From positions 62,230 to 126,229 of the forward strand of contig JAPOWB010000008.1 of NCBI GenBank assembly GCA_026707815.1: a stretch of 64,000 bases of DNA. The letters are read 5' to 3'. The stretch's first letter is position 1. Each line of letters opens with the position of its first letter. This stretch comes from Candidatus Saccharimonadota bacterium. Lineage in GTDB: Bacteria; Patescibacteriota; Saccharimonadia; Saccharimonadales; VXPC01. The notes below the pieces were generated by a model. It did no database searches. It was not told the origin of the DNA and saw only the letters and a program-made list of their open reading frames with translations. The translations under genes were made by a program, and so were the position numbers. Below, in pieces: positions 50,603 through 60,885 of this stretch.

Positions 50603-51188
50603 AATATTTTAAGTTTAACATGATGAACCATTTGATTATGCGCCTTTGTTTGGTTTGTGATTACTGGTTACTTTGGGTAGCTAAAGATTACACTACTATC
50701 CATGGCGCAGGAAGAAGAAGTCTTGCTATTATTGTTGTAGGCTTATTTATATATCTTGTCTTGGTCTGTAAGAGCGTTCCAAGCATCATCAGTCATTTTC
50801 ACACCAAAAGCTAAGAACAATGTGTTAGTTTTATTTATCTGCGATTTACTGTTTATAACTCTGCTTGGGTTCTAGTCTCTTTTTGCTATTAATGTGTTTT
50901 GACCCGGTGTTAGAGATATTCTATGAAGTGGTATAGAAGAACTCTTACCAGCTGTTTTTTAACTTAATATAAAAGCCTCCAAGTATTAGGAGTTTGATTG
51001 TTCAAATCCTTTTATCGTTAAAAAAGTTATTGAATATTAAGTTATTCAAGGCGATCTGTTAAAGCTTTGTCAATCTTCTTATGAGATTTCTCTGTTTCAA
51101 TGACATGAATATAAGAGGCAACTGATTGAATCGATCGATATCTAGAGAAGTATTTTAAATTATCTAAGGTTGTACCTTTGGTTTTGAC

Positions 51189-51264
51189 TGGTGCTCTCGC
51201 CGGGAATCGAACCCAGAGCTATTCTTTAGGAGAGAATTGTTTTATCCATTTAAACTACGAGAGC
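51189..51264 (-). tRNA. tRNA-Arg(CCT)
   Basis: Reverse complement GCTCTCGTAG...ATTCT-CTCCTAA-AGAAT...GTTCGATTC...CCA. Confidence 0.95.
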
Positions 51265-51279
51265 TTGACAAAAACTAAT

Positions 51280-51864
51280 TCAAGTAAGCATAAATTGTTG
51301 ATGAACTGATTGGTAATCAAAAATTTCGTTTGGCGAAAACCAAATTTTTATTTCTAATTCAGCTTCCTCCTTGTTGCCAGAGGCATGAACTAAATTACGA
51401 ACTGATCGTTGAGTTGAATTAGCAACATGGGAAGAATCAAAAGAATAATCGCCATTAATAGTTCCCGGTAAAGCATCTGAAGGTAAGGTCGCCCCCCTAA
51501 TTTTACGAACAACGGAAATGGCATGTGGTCCAGCTAAAACTAACGCCCAGATTGGACCTGATTGCAAAAATTCAACATTATATTTCTGAATCTGAAGACC
51601 TAATTCATAAGGATCGTCTGTACCTGAAACATTTTTTGTATCAATGCCTAATTTCTTATCTGTTTCTAAGGTTGTTCGCCCCATGTTAATCAATAATTCT
51701 CTCCTAGCTGGAGGATAATGTTGATTAATTAAATCTGCTGTAGCCTGAAGCATTTTAGCAGCTATAATCTTTAAACCAACTCTTTCGAATCTGCGAATAA
51801 TTTCGCCAGTTAGCCCCCTAGCTACGGCGTCTGGTTTTAATAAAATTAAAGTCTGTTCAATCAT
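51280..51864 (-). CDS. ndk: Nucleoside diphosphate kinase
   Basis: EQTLILLKPDAVARGL and RNLVHASG motifs. Confidence 0.95.
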   Translation of the reverse strand: MIEQTLILLKPDAVARGLTGEIIRRFERVGLKIIAAKMLQATADLINQHYPPARRELLINMGRTTLETDKKLGIDTKNVSGTDDPYELGLQIQKYNVEFLQSGPIWALVLAGPHAISVVRKIRGATLPSDALPGTINGDYSFDSSHVANSTQRSVRNLVHASGNKEEAELEIKIWFSPNEIFDYQSVHQQFMLT

Positions 51865-51875
51865 AACACTTGTTA

Positions 51876-52661
51876 TTATAGAATATTTAAATTCAAAAGA
51901 ATCAATAAACTTCCAGCTAAAACTAATCTATATATGCCGAATATCTTCAAAGAACGAGTTTCAACAATTTTAATTAAAAAATGAATGGTGATTAAACCAA
52001 TTCCAAAAGCCACAAGATTACCGATTAAAATTAATAACCAGCCTTGTTCAATTAACTCCCAGCCTGATGGAGATAGCCAAACCCTCAAAACAGCCCCCGA
52101 GATTAAAGGTAAAGCTAGCAAAAAACTCCATTTAACTGCTAAGTCTTTTTTGAATCCCAACCACAAACCAGTTAAAATCGTTGCTCCAGATCGAGAAGTC
52201 CCTGGTATAAGAGCTAAAGCTTGAGCTGAAGCAATTAAAAGAGTTTGACGCCAAGAAATTGCTGATAAATCGGCTACTTTCACCTTTGGGGGCGTTGTAA
52301 ACAACATCAAAATACCGCCCAAACTAAGCATCAAAATTAAAATAACCCAATAAGAAGACAAATTATTAATAAAATCAATCAACCAAAAACCCAGCAAACC
52401 CGCCGGCAAAGTGCTAATAACTATTTTTAAGACTAATTGCCAGTCACCCTGTTTTAAATCTTGCAATATTGATTTTAAAATACCTCGCAGAAAAAATATT
52501 AAAGCTGCCAAAGTTCCAATGTTGAGCAAAACATAGGCTTCAAAAGATTTTTCAAATTCAAAAAATTGGCTGACTAGGAGTAAATGGGCTGAACTAGAGA
52601 TAGGTAAAAACTCGGTCAGACCCTGAATCATCCCCCAAGACAGGCTCAGCAAATATTCCAT
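51876..52661 (-). CDS. uppP: Undecaprenyl-diphosphate phosphatase
   Basis: QGLTEFLPISSSAH and PGTSRSGATI motifs. Confidence 0.96.
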   Translation of the reverse strand: MEYLLSLSWGMIQGLTEFLPISSSAHLLLVSQFFEFEKSFEAYVLLNIGTLAALIFFLRGILKSILQDLKQGDWQLVLKIVISTLPAGLLGFWLIDFINNLSSYWVILILMLSLGGILMLFTTPPKVKVADLSAISWRQTLLIASAQALALIPGTSRSGATILTGLWLGFKKDLAVKWSFLLALPLISGAVLRVWLSPSGWELIEQGWLLILIGNLVAFGIGLITIHFLIKIVETRSLKIFGIYRLVLAGSLLILLNLNIL

Positions 52662-52948
52662 ATTCTCTCTTATTTTATACTAAATACCTAGCTAGAGGAG
52701 ATTAATTAGCTTGATTGAAAGCCAATTGATATCATCAAATATTAATGATATGGACTGGTTAGTCAATATATTATTAGATATATTGCTCCCTAGCTCCAAA
52801 GATGCATTAGAGTGATTACCAAAATTGCTTTAATAGTCTGCGTTTTGCTTTGCTAATAGCACTGGCTTTACTATTTACTTGGATTATTTACTTAACGCTT
52901 CCCAATTTAGTCAGTTCTCTGGCATGTCATTTCTGACAAAATGACAGC

Positions 52949-54166
52949 TCAACCTGCCCCAAAGCTCGGATTATCTTGTATCAAAGAATAAACTGGTAGT
53001 AAAATAGCTAAAACAATAACTATAGCTATGCCGCCGACAGTTAAGATTAGAACTGGCTCCATAGTTGTTGTCAAAGCTTTGATTTGCTTATCGACTTCTT
53101 TTTCATAATAAACAGCTGCCTTTAAAAGCATTTCTTCAGTCCGACCAGATTGTTCACCGATACTAATCATACTGGGAACTAAATCTAGAAATAATGGCTC
53201 ATTCTCTAAAGATGAAGATAGACTTTTGCCCTCTCTAACTAAGCTGGAACTTCGGTTGATAGCAGCTTCTAGATGCATATTATTAATTCCCTTAGCTATG
53301 ATAGCTAGGGTTTCCAATAAATTAACCCCCGAAGCGAATAAAGTTCCAACCGTTCTAGTAAATCGAGCCATATAAACTTTCGACATTAAACTTTTAACAG
53401 CTGGAAATTTTAATTTGCTATGATCAGCAAAACTCTTGCCTTTGGGGGTTTTTAAAGCTCTATTAAGAGCTATCACTGCACCTAAAGCGACCAAGATATA
53501 AACGTAATAATAATCAACCAAAGAATCAGAAACAGCAATTAAAACTCTGGTAATCCAAGGTAGAGGCTTGTCAAATTGTTCATAAAAAACAACTACTTGA
53601 GGTAGGACGAAAATTAACATAAAAGAAACTACTCCAATAATGACAAAAACGACAATAATCGGATAAATTAAAGCCCCTTTGATTTTACTGACTAGATCAC
53701 CATCTTTTTCCTGTTGAATGGCAAGTCTTTCTAGAGAGGTATCTAAAGTTCCAGAAGCCTCGCCTGCTTTAACTAAATTAATATAAATCTGATCAAAATA
53801 TTTAGGATACTCAGCTAAAGCATCAGAAAACGCCGATCCTGATTCGATACTACTAACAATATCATCAATAATTCTCTTCAAATTCTTATTTTTCATCTGC
53901 AAAGATGTCTGTTGCAAGCTTTGAAGCAAAGGTAAACCGGCTGAAATTAAAGTTGACAATTGATTTGTGAAGAGAATTTTATCCCGACGTTTAATACGAC
54001 CCGTTAAACCTCCCAGCAAATTAGCTCGCTTTTGTTTGGCTTGAATGGGCTGTAAACCCCGTTCTAAAACTAAATTGGTCGCCTCATTTTGATTGTTGGC
54101 ACTAATATTGACTGAAACCTGTTTACCGGTACTAGGATCAATAGTTTTATAAATATAATCAGGCAT
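52949..54166 (-). CDS. pilC: Type IV pilus platform protein (GspF family)
   Basis: AGEASGTLD, GALIYP and IGEQSG motifs. Confidence 0.93.
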   Translation of the reverse strand: MPDYIYKTIDPSTGKQVSVNISANNQNEATNLVLERGLQPIQAKQKRANLLGGLTGRIKRRDKILFTNQLSTLISAGLPLLQSLQQTSLQMKNKNLKRIIDDIVSSIESGSAFSDALAEYPKYFDQIYINLVKAGEASGTLDTSLERLAIQQEKDGDLVSKIKGALIYPIIVVFVIIGVVSFMLIFVLPQVVVFYEQFDKPLPWITRVLIAVSDSLVDYYYVYILVALGAVIALNRALKTPKGKSFADHSKLKFPAVKSLMSKVYMARFTRTVGTLFASGVNLLETLAIIAKGINNMHLEAAINRSSSLVREGKSLSSSLENEPLFLDLVPSMISIGEQSGRTEEMLLKAAVYYEKEVDKQIKALTTTMEPVLILTVGGIAIVIVLAILLPVYSLIQDNPSFGAG

Positions 54167-54169
54167 ATT

Positions 54170-55234
54170 TTACATTCCTTGGGTTAAATTCTTGAAAGCT
54201 GAAGGATTGCGAGCTACTTTCAAGCCATTGTCATAAGTTATAATGCCAGCCTGAACCATTTTTGCTAAAGTTTGATCCATGCCCTGCATGCCAAGAGCGG
54301 CATTGCCCTGAATAATAGAATCAATCTGATGAATTTTGGATTCTCGAATCAAGTTGCTAACAGCTGAATCAACGATTAAGATTTCTGTTGCTACCGATCT
54401 TGTCCCCTCAATATTGGGGACTAAGTATTGGGCGCAAGTAGCTTTTAAGGTATTACTCAATTGAATACGAATCTGAGCTTGTTGGTGAGGTGGAAAAACA
54501 TCAATGATACGATTGATGGTCTGAGGAGCTGAATTAGTATGCAGAGTTCCAAAAACCAAATGTCCTGTTTCAGCGATTGTCAATGCTGCTGAGATAGTTT
54601 CTAAATCTCTTAACTCACCAACTAAAACTATATCCGGATCTTGTCTTAATGCTGATCTTAAAGCTGCCGCAAATGAATAAGTATCATAATGGACTTCTCT
54701 TTGAACAACAATCGACCTTTTAGAGGAATGAACAAATTCAATAGGATCTTCAATGGTAATAATTCGTTCCTTACGTTCTTCGTTGATTTTATGAATTAAA
54801 GCTGCCATTGATGATGACTTACCAGAACCAGTCGGACCAGTGAATAAAACCAAGCCCTGCTTATATTGGGCAAATGTACTGACAACCGCTGGCAAACCCA
54901 AATCATCCAAACTGGGAATCCGACTGGGAATTAATCTCAAAGAAGCGGCTAAATTCCCTTTTTCGTGAAAAACATTGACTCGAAATCTACCTAACTCCCC
55001 AAAAGAAAAACCACAGTCTACTTCTTTATTCTTTAATAAAATACTCTTTTGCTCATCGTCTAAAATGGCAAAGATTAAACTCTCTATATCCGCAGGAGTT
55101 AGAGGTTTTTGGGCAATAATTTCTATTAGCTCACCTTGTTGGCGAACCATTGGCAAAGTCCCAACCTGCAGATGTAAATCAGACGCACCTAAATTAACAA
55201 CCTCCTGCAGTAATACTTCAATTCTCAAATCCAT
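54170..55234 (-). CDS. pilT: Type IV pilus retraction ATPase
   Basis: GPTGSGKS, TIEDPIEF, ALRQDPD and AETGHLVFGTLHT motifs. Confidence 0.95.
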   Translation of the reverse strand: MDLRIEVLLQEVVNLGASDLHLQVGTLPMVRQQGELIEIIAQKPLTPADIESLIFAILDDEQKSILLKNKEVDCGFSFGELGRFRVNVFHEKGNLAASLRLIPSRIPSLDDLGLPAVVSTFAQYKQGLVLFTGPTGSGKSSSMAALIHKINEERKERIITIEDPIEFVHSSKRSIVVQREVHYDTYSFAAALRSALRQDPDIVLVGELRDLETISAALTIAETGHLVFGTLHTNSAPQTINRIIDVFPPHQQAQIRIQLSNTLKATCAQYLVPNIEGTRSVATEILIVDSAVSNLIRESKIHQIDSIIQGNAALGMQGMDQTLAKMVQAGIITYDNGLKVARNPSAFKNLTQGM

Positions 55235-55299
55235 AGTCTTTGAGTATTACCCCACCACATTTCTTGCATAAAATTAATTATAAAAAATTGTTTGAATTT

Positions 55300-57141
55300 T
55301 TACACGCTATTATGAGAGATTACTCTATCAACTTCAGAAATTGTTGTTAAACCAGCTAAAGCTTTCAAGTAGCCGTCTTGACGCATAGTGATCATACCTT
55401 CCTTCTGAGCTATTTCTTGAATTGCACTACTGGGAGCTCTTTTAATGATTAAATCTTGAATAGCTTCAGTCACAGCAAAAGCCTCATAAATACCTACTCG
55501 ACCCTTGTAGCCATTATTAGCATCATGTCGATCAATACCTCTATATAGAGTATAAGCATTATCATCTATGGATGGCAAAGTATTATAACCGAGTAATTTG
55601 TGCAGAGCTGTCAATTCCTCACCCGACACATTCTTAGAAGCTAAAACTCCCGATAAAGTCTGTTTAATACTTTCAGTTTCAATGGGATTGGATTGATATT
55701 CTTCTTGCTCATCAGTATTTTTACGAAGCAACCTCTGCCCAATAACAACTCGAATAGTGGAGGCAATTAAAAATGGCTCAATACCCATATCTAAAAGCCT
55801 AGGCAAGATTCCAGCCACCGAATTAGTGTGCAAGGTGCTAAAGACCAAATGTCCCGTCAAAGAAGCTTGAATAGCTAGTTGAGCAGTTTCAGCGTCACGA
55901 ATCTCACCAACCATAATCACATCAGGGTCTTGTCGCAAAATTGATTTTAAACCACTGGCGAAAGTTAATCCAATGCTAGGATTGACTTGAATTTGATTAA
56001 CTCCAGCTAATTTATATTCAGCTGGATCTTCTAAGGTGATAATCTTAACTGAATCACTCAAGATTTCTTGCAATAAAGTATAAAGAGAGGTCGTCTTACC
56101 CGAACCAGTTGGACCAGAAGTTAAAATCATGCCTGAGGATTGTTTGAGAGCTTCTCTAATAACCTGTAAACTTTTACCACAATAACCCAAATTCTCTAAT
56201 CTGCCTGACATAACACCAGTACGATCCAGAATTCTCATAATAACCTGTTCGCCCCAAACAGTTGGAGAGACAGCTACACGCAAATCAATATTTTTACCAT
56301 TAACATTAATGACAAATTCACCATCTTGAGGCAATCTTTTTTCATCAACTTTCAGCTGAGCACAAATTTTAACCCTAGCTATTAAGCCCGCCTCTAAGGC
56401 TTTAGGGAATTTAGTGATTGGAACTAAAACTCCGTCTATTCTTATTCTGACTCTAACATCAAACTCTTGAGATTCAATATGTATATCAGATGCTTTAGCG
56501 CCAACTGCATATTGCAAAATATTCGTCAGAGCTTTTGAGGCTGGGGATTCCTCAGCCATAGTTTCAGATACTTCAATCTCATTTTTTGTTCGCTTCAGAG
56601 GACTAAGAAAAGAAGGTTTGGGTTGATTCTGTTTAGCTTTTAATTTCTGGGCATCTCTTTCAGAATTCTCCAGTTTTTTGATTATTTCTTGAGTTTTAAT
56701 CTTAACTTCATATTGCCCCAAAACATTGCGAATACTAGTCTTTGAAGCTAAATGAATATCTAAATCTCTGCCTAAAAGTTTGGTCAAAAAATCAACTTTT
56801 TGAATATCGCCAGCTTCATACATGGCCACCAATAATTTGCCATTTGATTCGCCCACAGCTACTGCTTGATACTCCTTGGCAAGCTTTTCAGAAATTAAGT
56901 CCAAAGTTTTAGGATGGATTTCAGTGCTAGTCAAATTGACATAGGGTAAATTACTAGTTTGGGCGACTATACGAGTCAATGCTTCTTCGTCGACAAGTTT
57001 CTGTTTAATCAAGTAATCAAAGATATCTGTGCCAGCAGATTTGCTTTGATTTAGAGCTTTCTTGATTTGAGTAGCTGACAGCAGATTATCTGATTTGAGA
57101 GTGTCTAATATCTGATCTTTTTTCTGAGAGAGTAACCTCAT
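55300..57141 (-). CDS. pilB: Type IV pilus assembly ATPase (GspE/PulE family)
   Basis: ASDIHIE, GPTGSGKTT, RQDPDVIMVGEIRD and GYKGRVGIYE motifs. Confidence 0.93.
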   Translation of the reverse strand: MRLLSQKKDQILDTLKSDNLLSATQIKKALNQSKSAGTDIFDYLIKQKLVDEEALTRIVAQTSNLPYVNLTSTEIHPKTLDLISEKLAKEYQAVAVGESNGKLLVAMYEAGDIQKVDFLTKLLGRDLDIHLASKTSIRNVLGQYEVKIKTQEIIKKLENSERDAQKLKAKQNQPKPSFLSPLKRTKNEIEVSETMAEESPASKALTNILQYAVGAKASDIHIESQEFDVRVRIRIDGVLVPITKFPKALEAGLIARVKICAQLKVDEKRLPQDGEFVINVNGKNIDLRVAVSPTVWGEQVIMRILDRTGVMSGRLENLGYCGKSLQVIREALKQSSGMILTSGPTGSGKTTSLYTLLQEILSDSVKIITLEDPAEYKLAGVNQIQVNPSIGLTFASGLKSILRQDPDVIMVGEIRDAETAQLAIQASLTGHLVFSTLHTNSVAGILPRLLDMGIEPFLIASTIRVVIGQRLLRKNTDEQEEYQSNPIETESIKQTLSGVLASKNVSGEELTALHKLLGYNTLPSIDDNAYTLYRGIDRHDANNGYKGRVGIYEAFAVTEAIQDLIIKRAPSSAIQEIAQKEGMITMRQDGYLKALAGLTTISEVDRVISHNSV

Positions 57142-57312
57142 AAATTTCTTGGATAATATTTATGTTTGTTTTGAATAAATTAATACCCTAATTATACTGA
57201 ATTACCCCTAAATTAGCTGTTGTGTTTTGAGGGAATTATGTAGCAGAAGGAATTTACAGAGGGTAATTTATCGTATTTACAATTACATTACATCGGATTT
57301 TAAGGATAAAGT

Positions 57313-57548
57313 ATGACTAAAAAGAAAGAGCCTTTAAAACTAGTTAGCCAAGTTGATGGTAAGCCTTTTATTGAGATTGATTTAGAAAGCAATGTAGCTG
57401 TCTTAAAAGCTCCTCAAATTGAGGCTACTACTTTATATGGGGTTGAGAGGATTTAGAGCTTTTTATAAGCAAGTTGCCAAGTGAGTTAACTGCCATCAAA
57501 AAGATTTTAGATGTCTATAAAGCCGAATGGCTGAAAAAAGCCTTATAA
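57313..57548 (+). pseudogene. Small hypothetical gene, apparently frameshifted near 57445-57450
   Basis: MTKKKEPLKLV...YGVE continues in a second frame as DLELFISKLP...WLKKAL*. Confidence 0.35.
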
Positions 57549-57614
57549 AACAAATTAGATTTTGCAACATCAAGCCTATCCCCAATATTTTTAAGATAAT
57601 TCAGTAGCCAATCA

Positions 57615-57640
57615 AAAAGCTCCTTTAATAAGGAGCTTTA
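57615..57640. terminator. Bidirectional-type terminator hairpin
   Basis: AAAGCTCCTT-TAAT-AAGGAGCTTT between convergent ORFs. Confidence 0.75.
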
Positions 57641-57657
57641 TTGATGCCTATCTAATC

Positions 57658-58800
57658 CTAGTTATTGGTATATTCGTAGCTATAAATCTTCCAAATACCC
57701 GAAGCATAGGCTGGATAATCACTAGTACCATCAGCATAAGTATTACAACCTCCTTTGGATATGGCTATTTCTGTAGTTTGCTTCCTAGCATTATTATAGT
57801 TGTACTTCTTATTGGGGTGGTGTTCATGGACAATTGAGCCAGCTTTAATAGTGATATTTGAGCTGTGCGGGGCAACACTACTTACATCGCCTTGTTGCGT
57901 CATACCAACATAGCAACGGTAAACAACTGGAGCAGGGGGAGTAGATAAACCATCTAGACAAACTTTAACTGGCATATCTTTCATACCATCTTTAATATTG
58001 GGGTATTTAAAAGCACACACTGTGGCTGTATTTGTTGGCATTTGTACTTTACTCCAATCAGCTATACCAGTCTCCTTGTTAATTACAGGATAATTGATGT
58101 TAGCAAGAACTGATCCGTTGCTATCTAAAGCCATTAAATCAAATTGCAAACCTGCAGGTCTTATCCTTTTCTCACTGATTAACCAACCATTTTTATGTAT
58201 AAAAGTACCACCACCGAATAAATCACCTGTATATTTGTTAGCTACTCTGCGCTTTTTACCAAAAGGCACACAAATCCATCGCCTCATTTTGTCATCTTGG
58301 TGATGATGTTTAGAGGTGAGACCAAAATAAACTTCTGCGAAAGTTCCGTTGTAGGGGTTGTCTACTACGCCATCACCATCGGGGTCAGGAACATAAGTGG
58401 CAGATTGTCCATTCTGATACCAAATCTGCCTACTTATTATTGGTTTCGTAGTATCACCATCTCTGTGTACATTAACAACATTAGCGATTTTATGGTAGGT
58501 ATGACAATCACCACCACTTTTATCATGGTTTTTTACATAGACTACTGATTTTGTTTGGGCTTGTATATTAATTTCACATTCAATGTTATTGTCTCTATCA
58601 GGGAGGCAAACTAATTTTGTAAGCTGTCTATTTCTGTGCAGAAATACTTGGGTTTGTTCTACGCCTGTTTTAGTTTGAGCTTTAGCTTGATGACTAAATA
58701 AGAGAACTGCTACTAAGAAAGCCAATAATAAGATAGCAGATAAAACTAGATAAACTAGTTGGGGGGGGGTATTTTTTAAAAAATTGTAAGGCTTAAACAT
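57658..58800 (-). CDS. Secreted/surface hypothetical protein inserted in the pil operon
   Basis: N-terminal hydrophobic helix plus AKA cleavage-like site; several Cys; C9 tract at 58761-58769. Confidence 0.75.
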   Translation of the reverse strand: MFKPYNFLKNTPPQLVYLVLSAILLLAFLVAVLLFSHQAKAQTKTGVEQTQVFLHRNRQLTKLVCLPDRDNNIECEINIQAQTKSVVYVKNHDKSGGDCHTYHKIANVVNVHRDGDTTKPIISRQIWYQNGQSATYVPDPDGDGVVDNPYNGTFAEVYFGLTSKHHHQDDKMRRWICVPFGKKRRVANKYTGDLFGGGTFIHKNGWLISEKRIRPAGLQFDLMALDSNGSVLANINYPVINKETGIADWSKVQMPTNTATVCAFKYPNIKDGMKDMPVKVCLDGLSTPPAPVVYRCYVGMTQQGDVSSVAPHSSNITIKAGSIVHEHHPNKKYNYNNARKQTTEIAISKGGCNTYADGTSDYPAYASGIWKIYSYEYTNN

Positions 58801-58935
58801 AATTATTATTCTTTCAAAGATTGTTATTTATTGCTTTTATAATATCACATGATGGGAAACTGGCTTTAGCCCCATCTGCTACATAATTCCCTGTTTTGAG
58901 AATATATACCCAGAGTTGAGATTTTGTGAAATAAA

Positions 58936-59172
58936 TTATTGATTGCCTGGAATGCGAGTGGTTTCAAAATAATCCAAAGACTGATGATTGAAATATTTTT
59001 CATCTAATTGAAAGGCATTCTCTAAATCATGACCCCCAATATCTGTAACTGTTTGATAAGTTTCAGTTTTATTAGAATCAATTCCATCAACAAATAAATG
59101 GACTAAAAGAAAGCTAACAATAATAGCCCCCAAAGCGACCCCCATAGCTGATAGCCAATATTTCTGTGACAT
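58936..59172 (-). CDS. Small membrane protein (PilP position)
   Basis: Single TM helix; follows the pilO-like gene. Confidence 0.55.
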   Translation of the reverse strand: MSQKYWLSAMGVALGAIIVSFLLVHLFVDGIDSNKTETYQTVTDIGGHDLENAFQLDEKYFNHQSLDYFETTRIPGNQ

Positions 59173-59247
59173 AAATATTACCCCTTTTTTAGAGAATTCT
59201 TACATTTACTTAAATTTAATCTTATCATTTTCTCTACGCAACTCTCA

Positions 59248-59991
59248 CTAGGGATTTGGAACATTTTGAGGGATACTTTGCTCTGAAGTAATGGAAATTG
59301 GTATTTTTGGCTTGATATAGGTTTCTAAATTTAGACTAATACTGAGGCAACTATCAGAAGCATCCTCAGCGTTAGCACTGGTCGAACCTTTAAAATCTAC
59401 AGTAATCTCGGTAATCCTCATAGGTCTGATTAATTTATCTAAATCAGCAAAAAATTCTTCAAAAGTTTTACATTTAGACGACCCTCCTTCATTTAATTTT
59501 AAATTAGTAACCGTCATGGTCATATCAGAAATTGGAATAACTCCTGCTGGCAAATCTGTTCTATCAGCAGTGGCTGTATCTAAACTGATAGAATCGGGAA
59601 TTTCCACATTGCCAATATATTGTTCCTCTTTTAAGAAATTATCTAGACTTAGGCGAAAAGTTAAAGCATCATATTCTGTGGGCAAAGCTCTGAGGATTAA
59701 AACCTCATTAGTCACATCAGATTGATTGGGATGCGTGACAATTGCCCCATCTCGAAAATCTTTAAAATTCTGAACCAAAGTTTCAATGCTTTGTTTATGT
59801 TGCTGAGCTTGGTTGAGATTCTGCTGCTTTTGCAAAATTACAACCTGCTGATATTCTCGACGATCTAAATATTTTTTGGTAGTAAATAAAGTTATACAAA
59901 TTAAGGCAACTAGAACGGCTAAAATAATCAACGTAATATGATGATTGTGACTAATCTTAGTTTGTTTGGTTTGGAATGAAGTAGTTGCCAT
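59248..59991 (-). CDS. PilO-like protein
   Basis: TM helix plus coiled coil, RALPTEYD and LDKLIRPMRI; position after pilMN. Confidence 0.7.
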   Translation of the reverse strand: MATTSFQTKQTKISHNHHITLIILAVLVALICITLFTTKKYLDRREYQQVVILQKQQNLNQAQQHKQSIETLVQNFKDFRDGAIVTHPNQSDVTNEVLILRALPTEYDALTFRLSLDNFLKEEQYIGNVEIPDSISLDTATADRTDLPAGVIPISDMTMTVTNLKLNEGGSSKCKTFEEFFADLDKLIRPMRITEITVDFKGSTSANAEDASDSCLSISLNLETYIKPKIPISITSEQSIPQNVPNP

Positions 59992-59996
59992 ATCCT

Positions 59997-60881
59997 TTAT
60001 TCCTCAGCTGGAGCTTCTATTCTTCTACTTTGACAGTTGTGTGTCGGTTTGGCATCAAAATCATCGGAAGATATAATTTCGGGAGTTACTAATGTGAGAT
60101 TGTCGAAATATTCATCTAAGTTTTTCAGAGCATGGTTATAATCCGGATGATGTTTATAGGCTGATGGAGATTCCTGACCGATCTGCGAATATTTCAAAGC
60201 TAGACTTTCAAATAATTTCGGTTCAAACCTGCCAGTAATACTGTAGTTTAAAGCTTGAGCTTCATCATCTGAAGTACTGGTATTAGCCCTGAGATTTGGA
60301 AAACTGGTTAGAGTAATTGGATATTCGCGATATTCTCTATTTTCTAAAGTACAACCCTCTTTGAGTCCAATATATAAAAGACTATCTCTCAATTGTATAC
60401 CTTCGCTCAAACTGTGCGTTTGACCACTAATACTGAAAGTTCCTTCCAAGAAATTGAAATTAATCTGTTCATATGTCCCCAAATCTTTAGAGATTAAAGA
60501 ATCTAAATAGTGTAACCGATGGAAGCTGAATAAACGCTCCACTTCGGGTTTGAGTTTATGTAAATCTCCTAAAGCTTCCAGTTGACTTCGAACAGTTAAG
60601 ATTTTGTCAAAACCTAAAGCTGGTTTATCATCATCGACTTCAACCTCAACTTCAATAACTCCAGCTGCTAAGTCATTGATTGACTTAATAACTTTAGTGG
60701 TGGTTTGATCTAATTCTTCTATTTTTGAAGGGTGGCTAATGTTGACCTGATAATAAAGCCAGCTGAAGAGACCGAGGCAAATCGGAGTGACGATAATTAA
60801 TAAACCAGTTAAAAATCTCCTGAATTTTTGGATGCGAACGAATTCTATTTTGATTTTGGGCAATAAATTGACAAAGATCAT
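59997..60881 (-). CDS. PilN-like protein
   Basis: VNLLP motif followed by a TM helix; directly after pilM. Confidence 0.75.
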   Translation of the reverse strand: MIFVNLLPKIKIEFVRIQKFRRFLTGLLIIVTPICLGLFSWLYYQVNISHPSKIEELDQTTTKVIKSINDLAAGVIEVEVEVDDDKPALGFDKILTVRSQLEALGDLHKLKPEVERLFSFHRLHYLDSLISKDLGTYEQINFNFLEGTFSISGQTHSLSEGIQLRDSLLYIGLKEGCTLENREYREYPITLTSFPNLRANTSTSDDEAQALNYSITGRFEPKLFESLALKYSQIGQESPSAYKHHPDYNHALKNLDEYFDNLTLVTPEIISSDDFDAKPTHNCQSRRIEAPAEE

Positions 60882-60885
60882 CTCT

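Noticed and set aside
52693-52707. 15-bp match TAGAGGAGATTAATT to positions 1-15
   Set aside because: Short and AT-rich, with no extended similarity; treated as chance.
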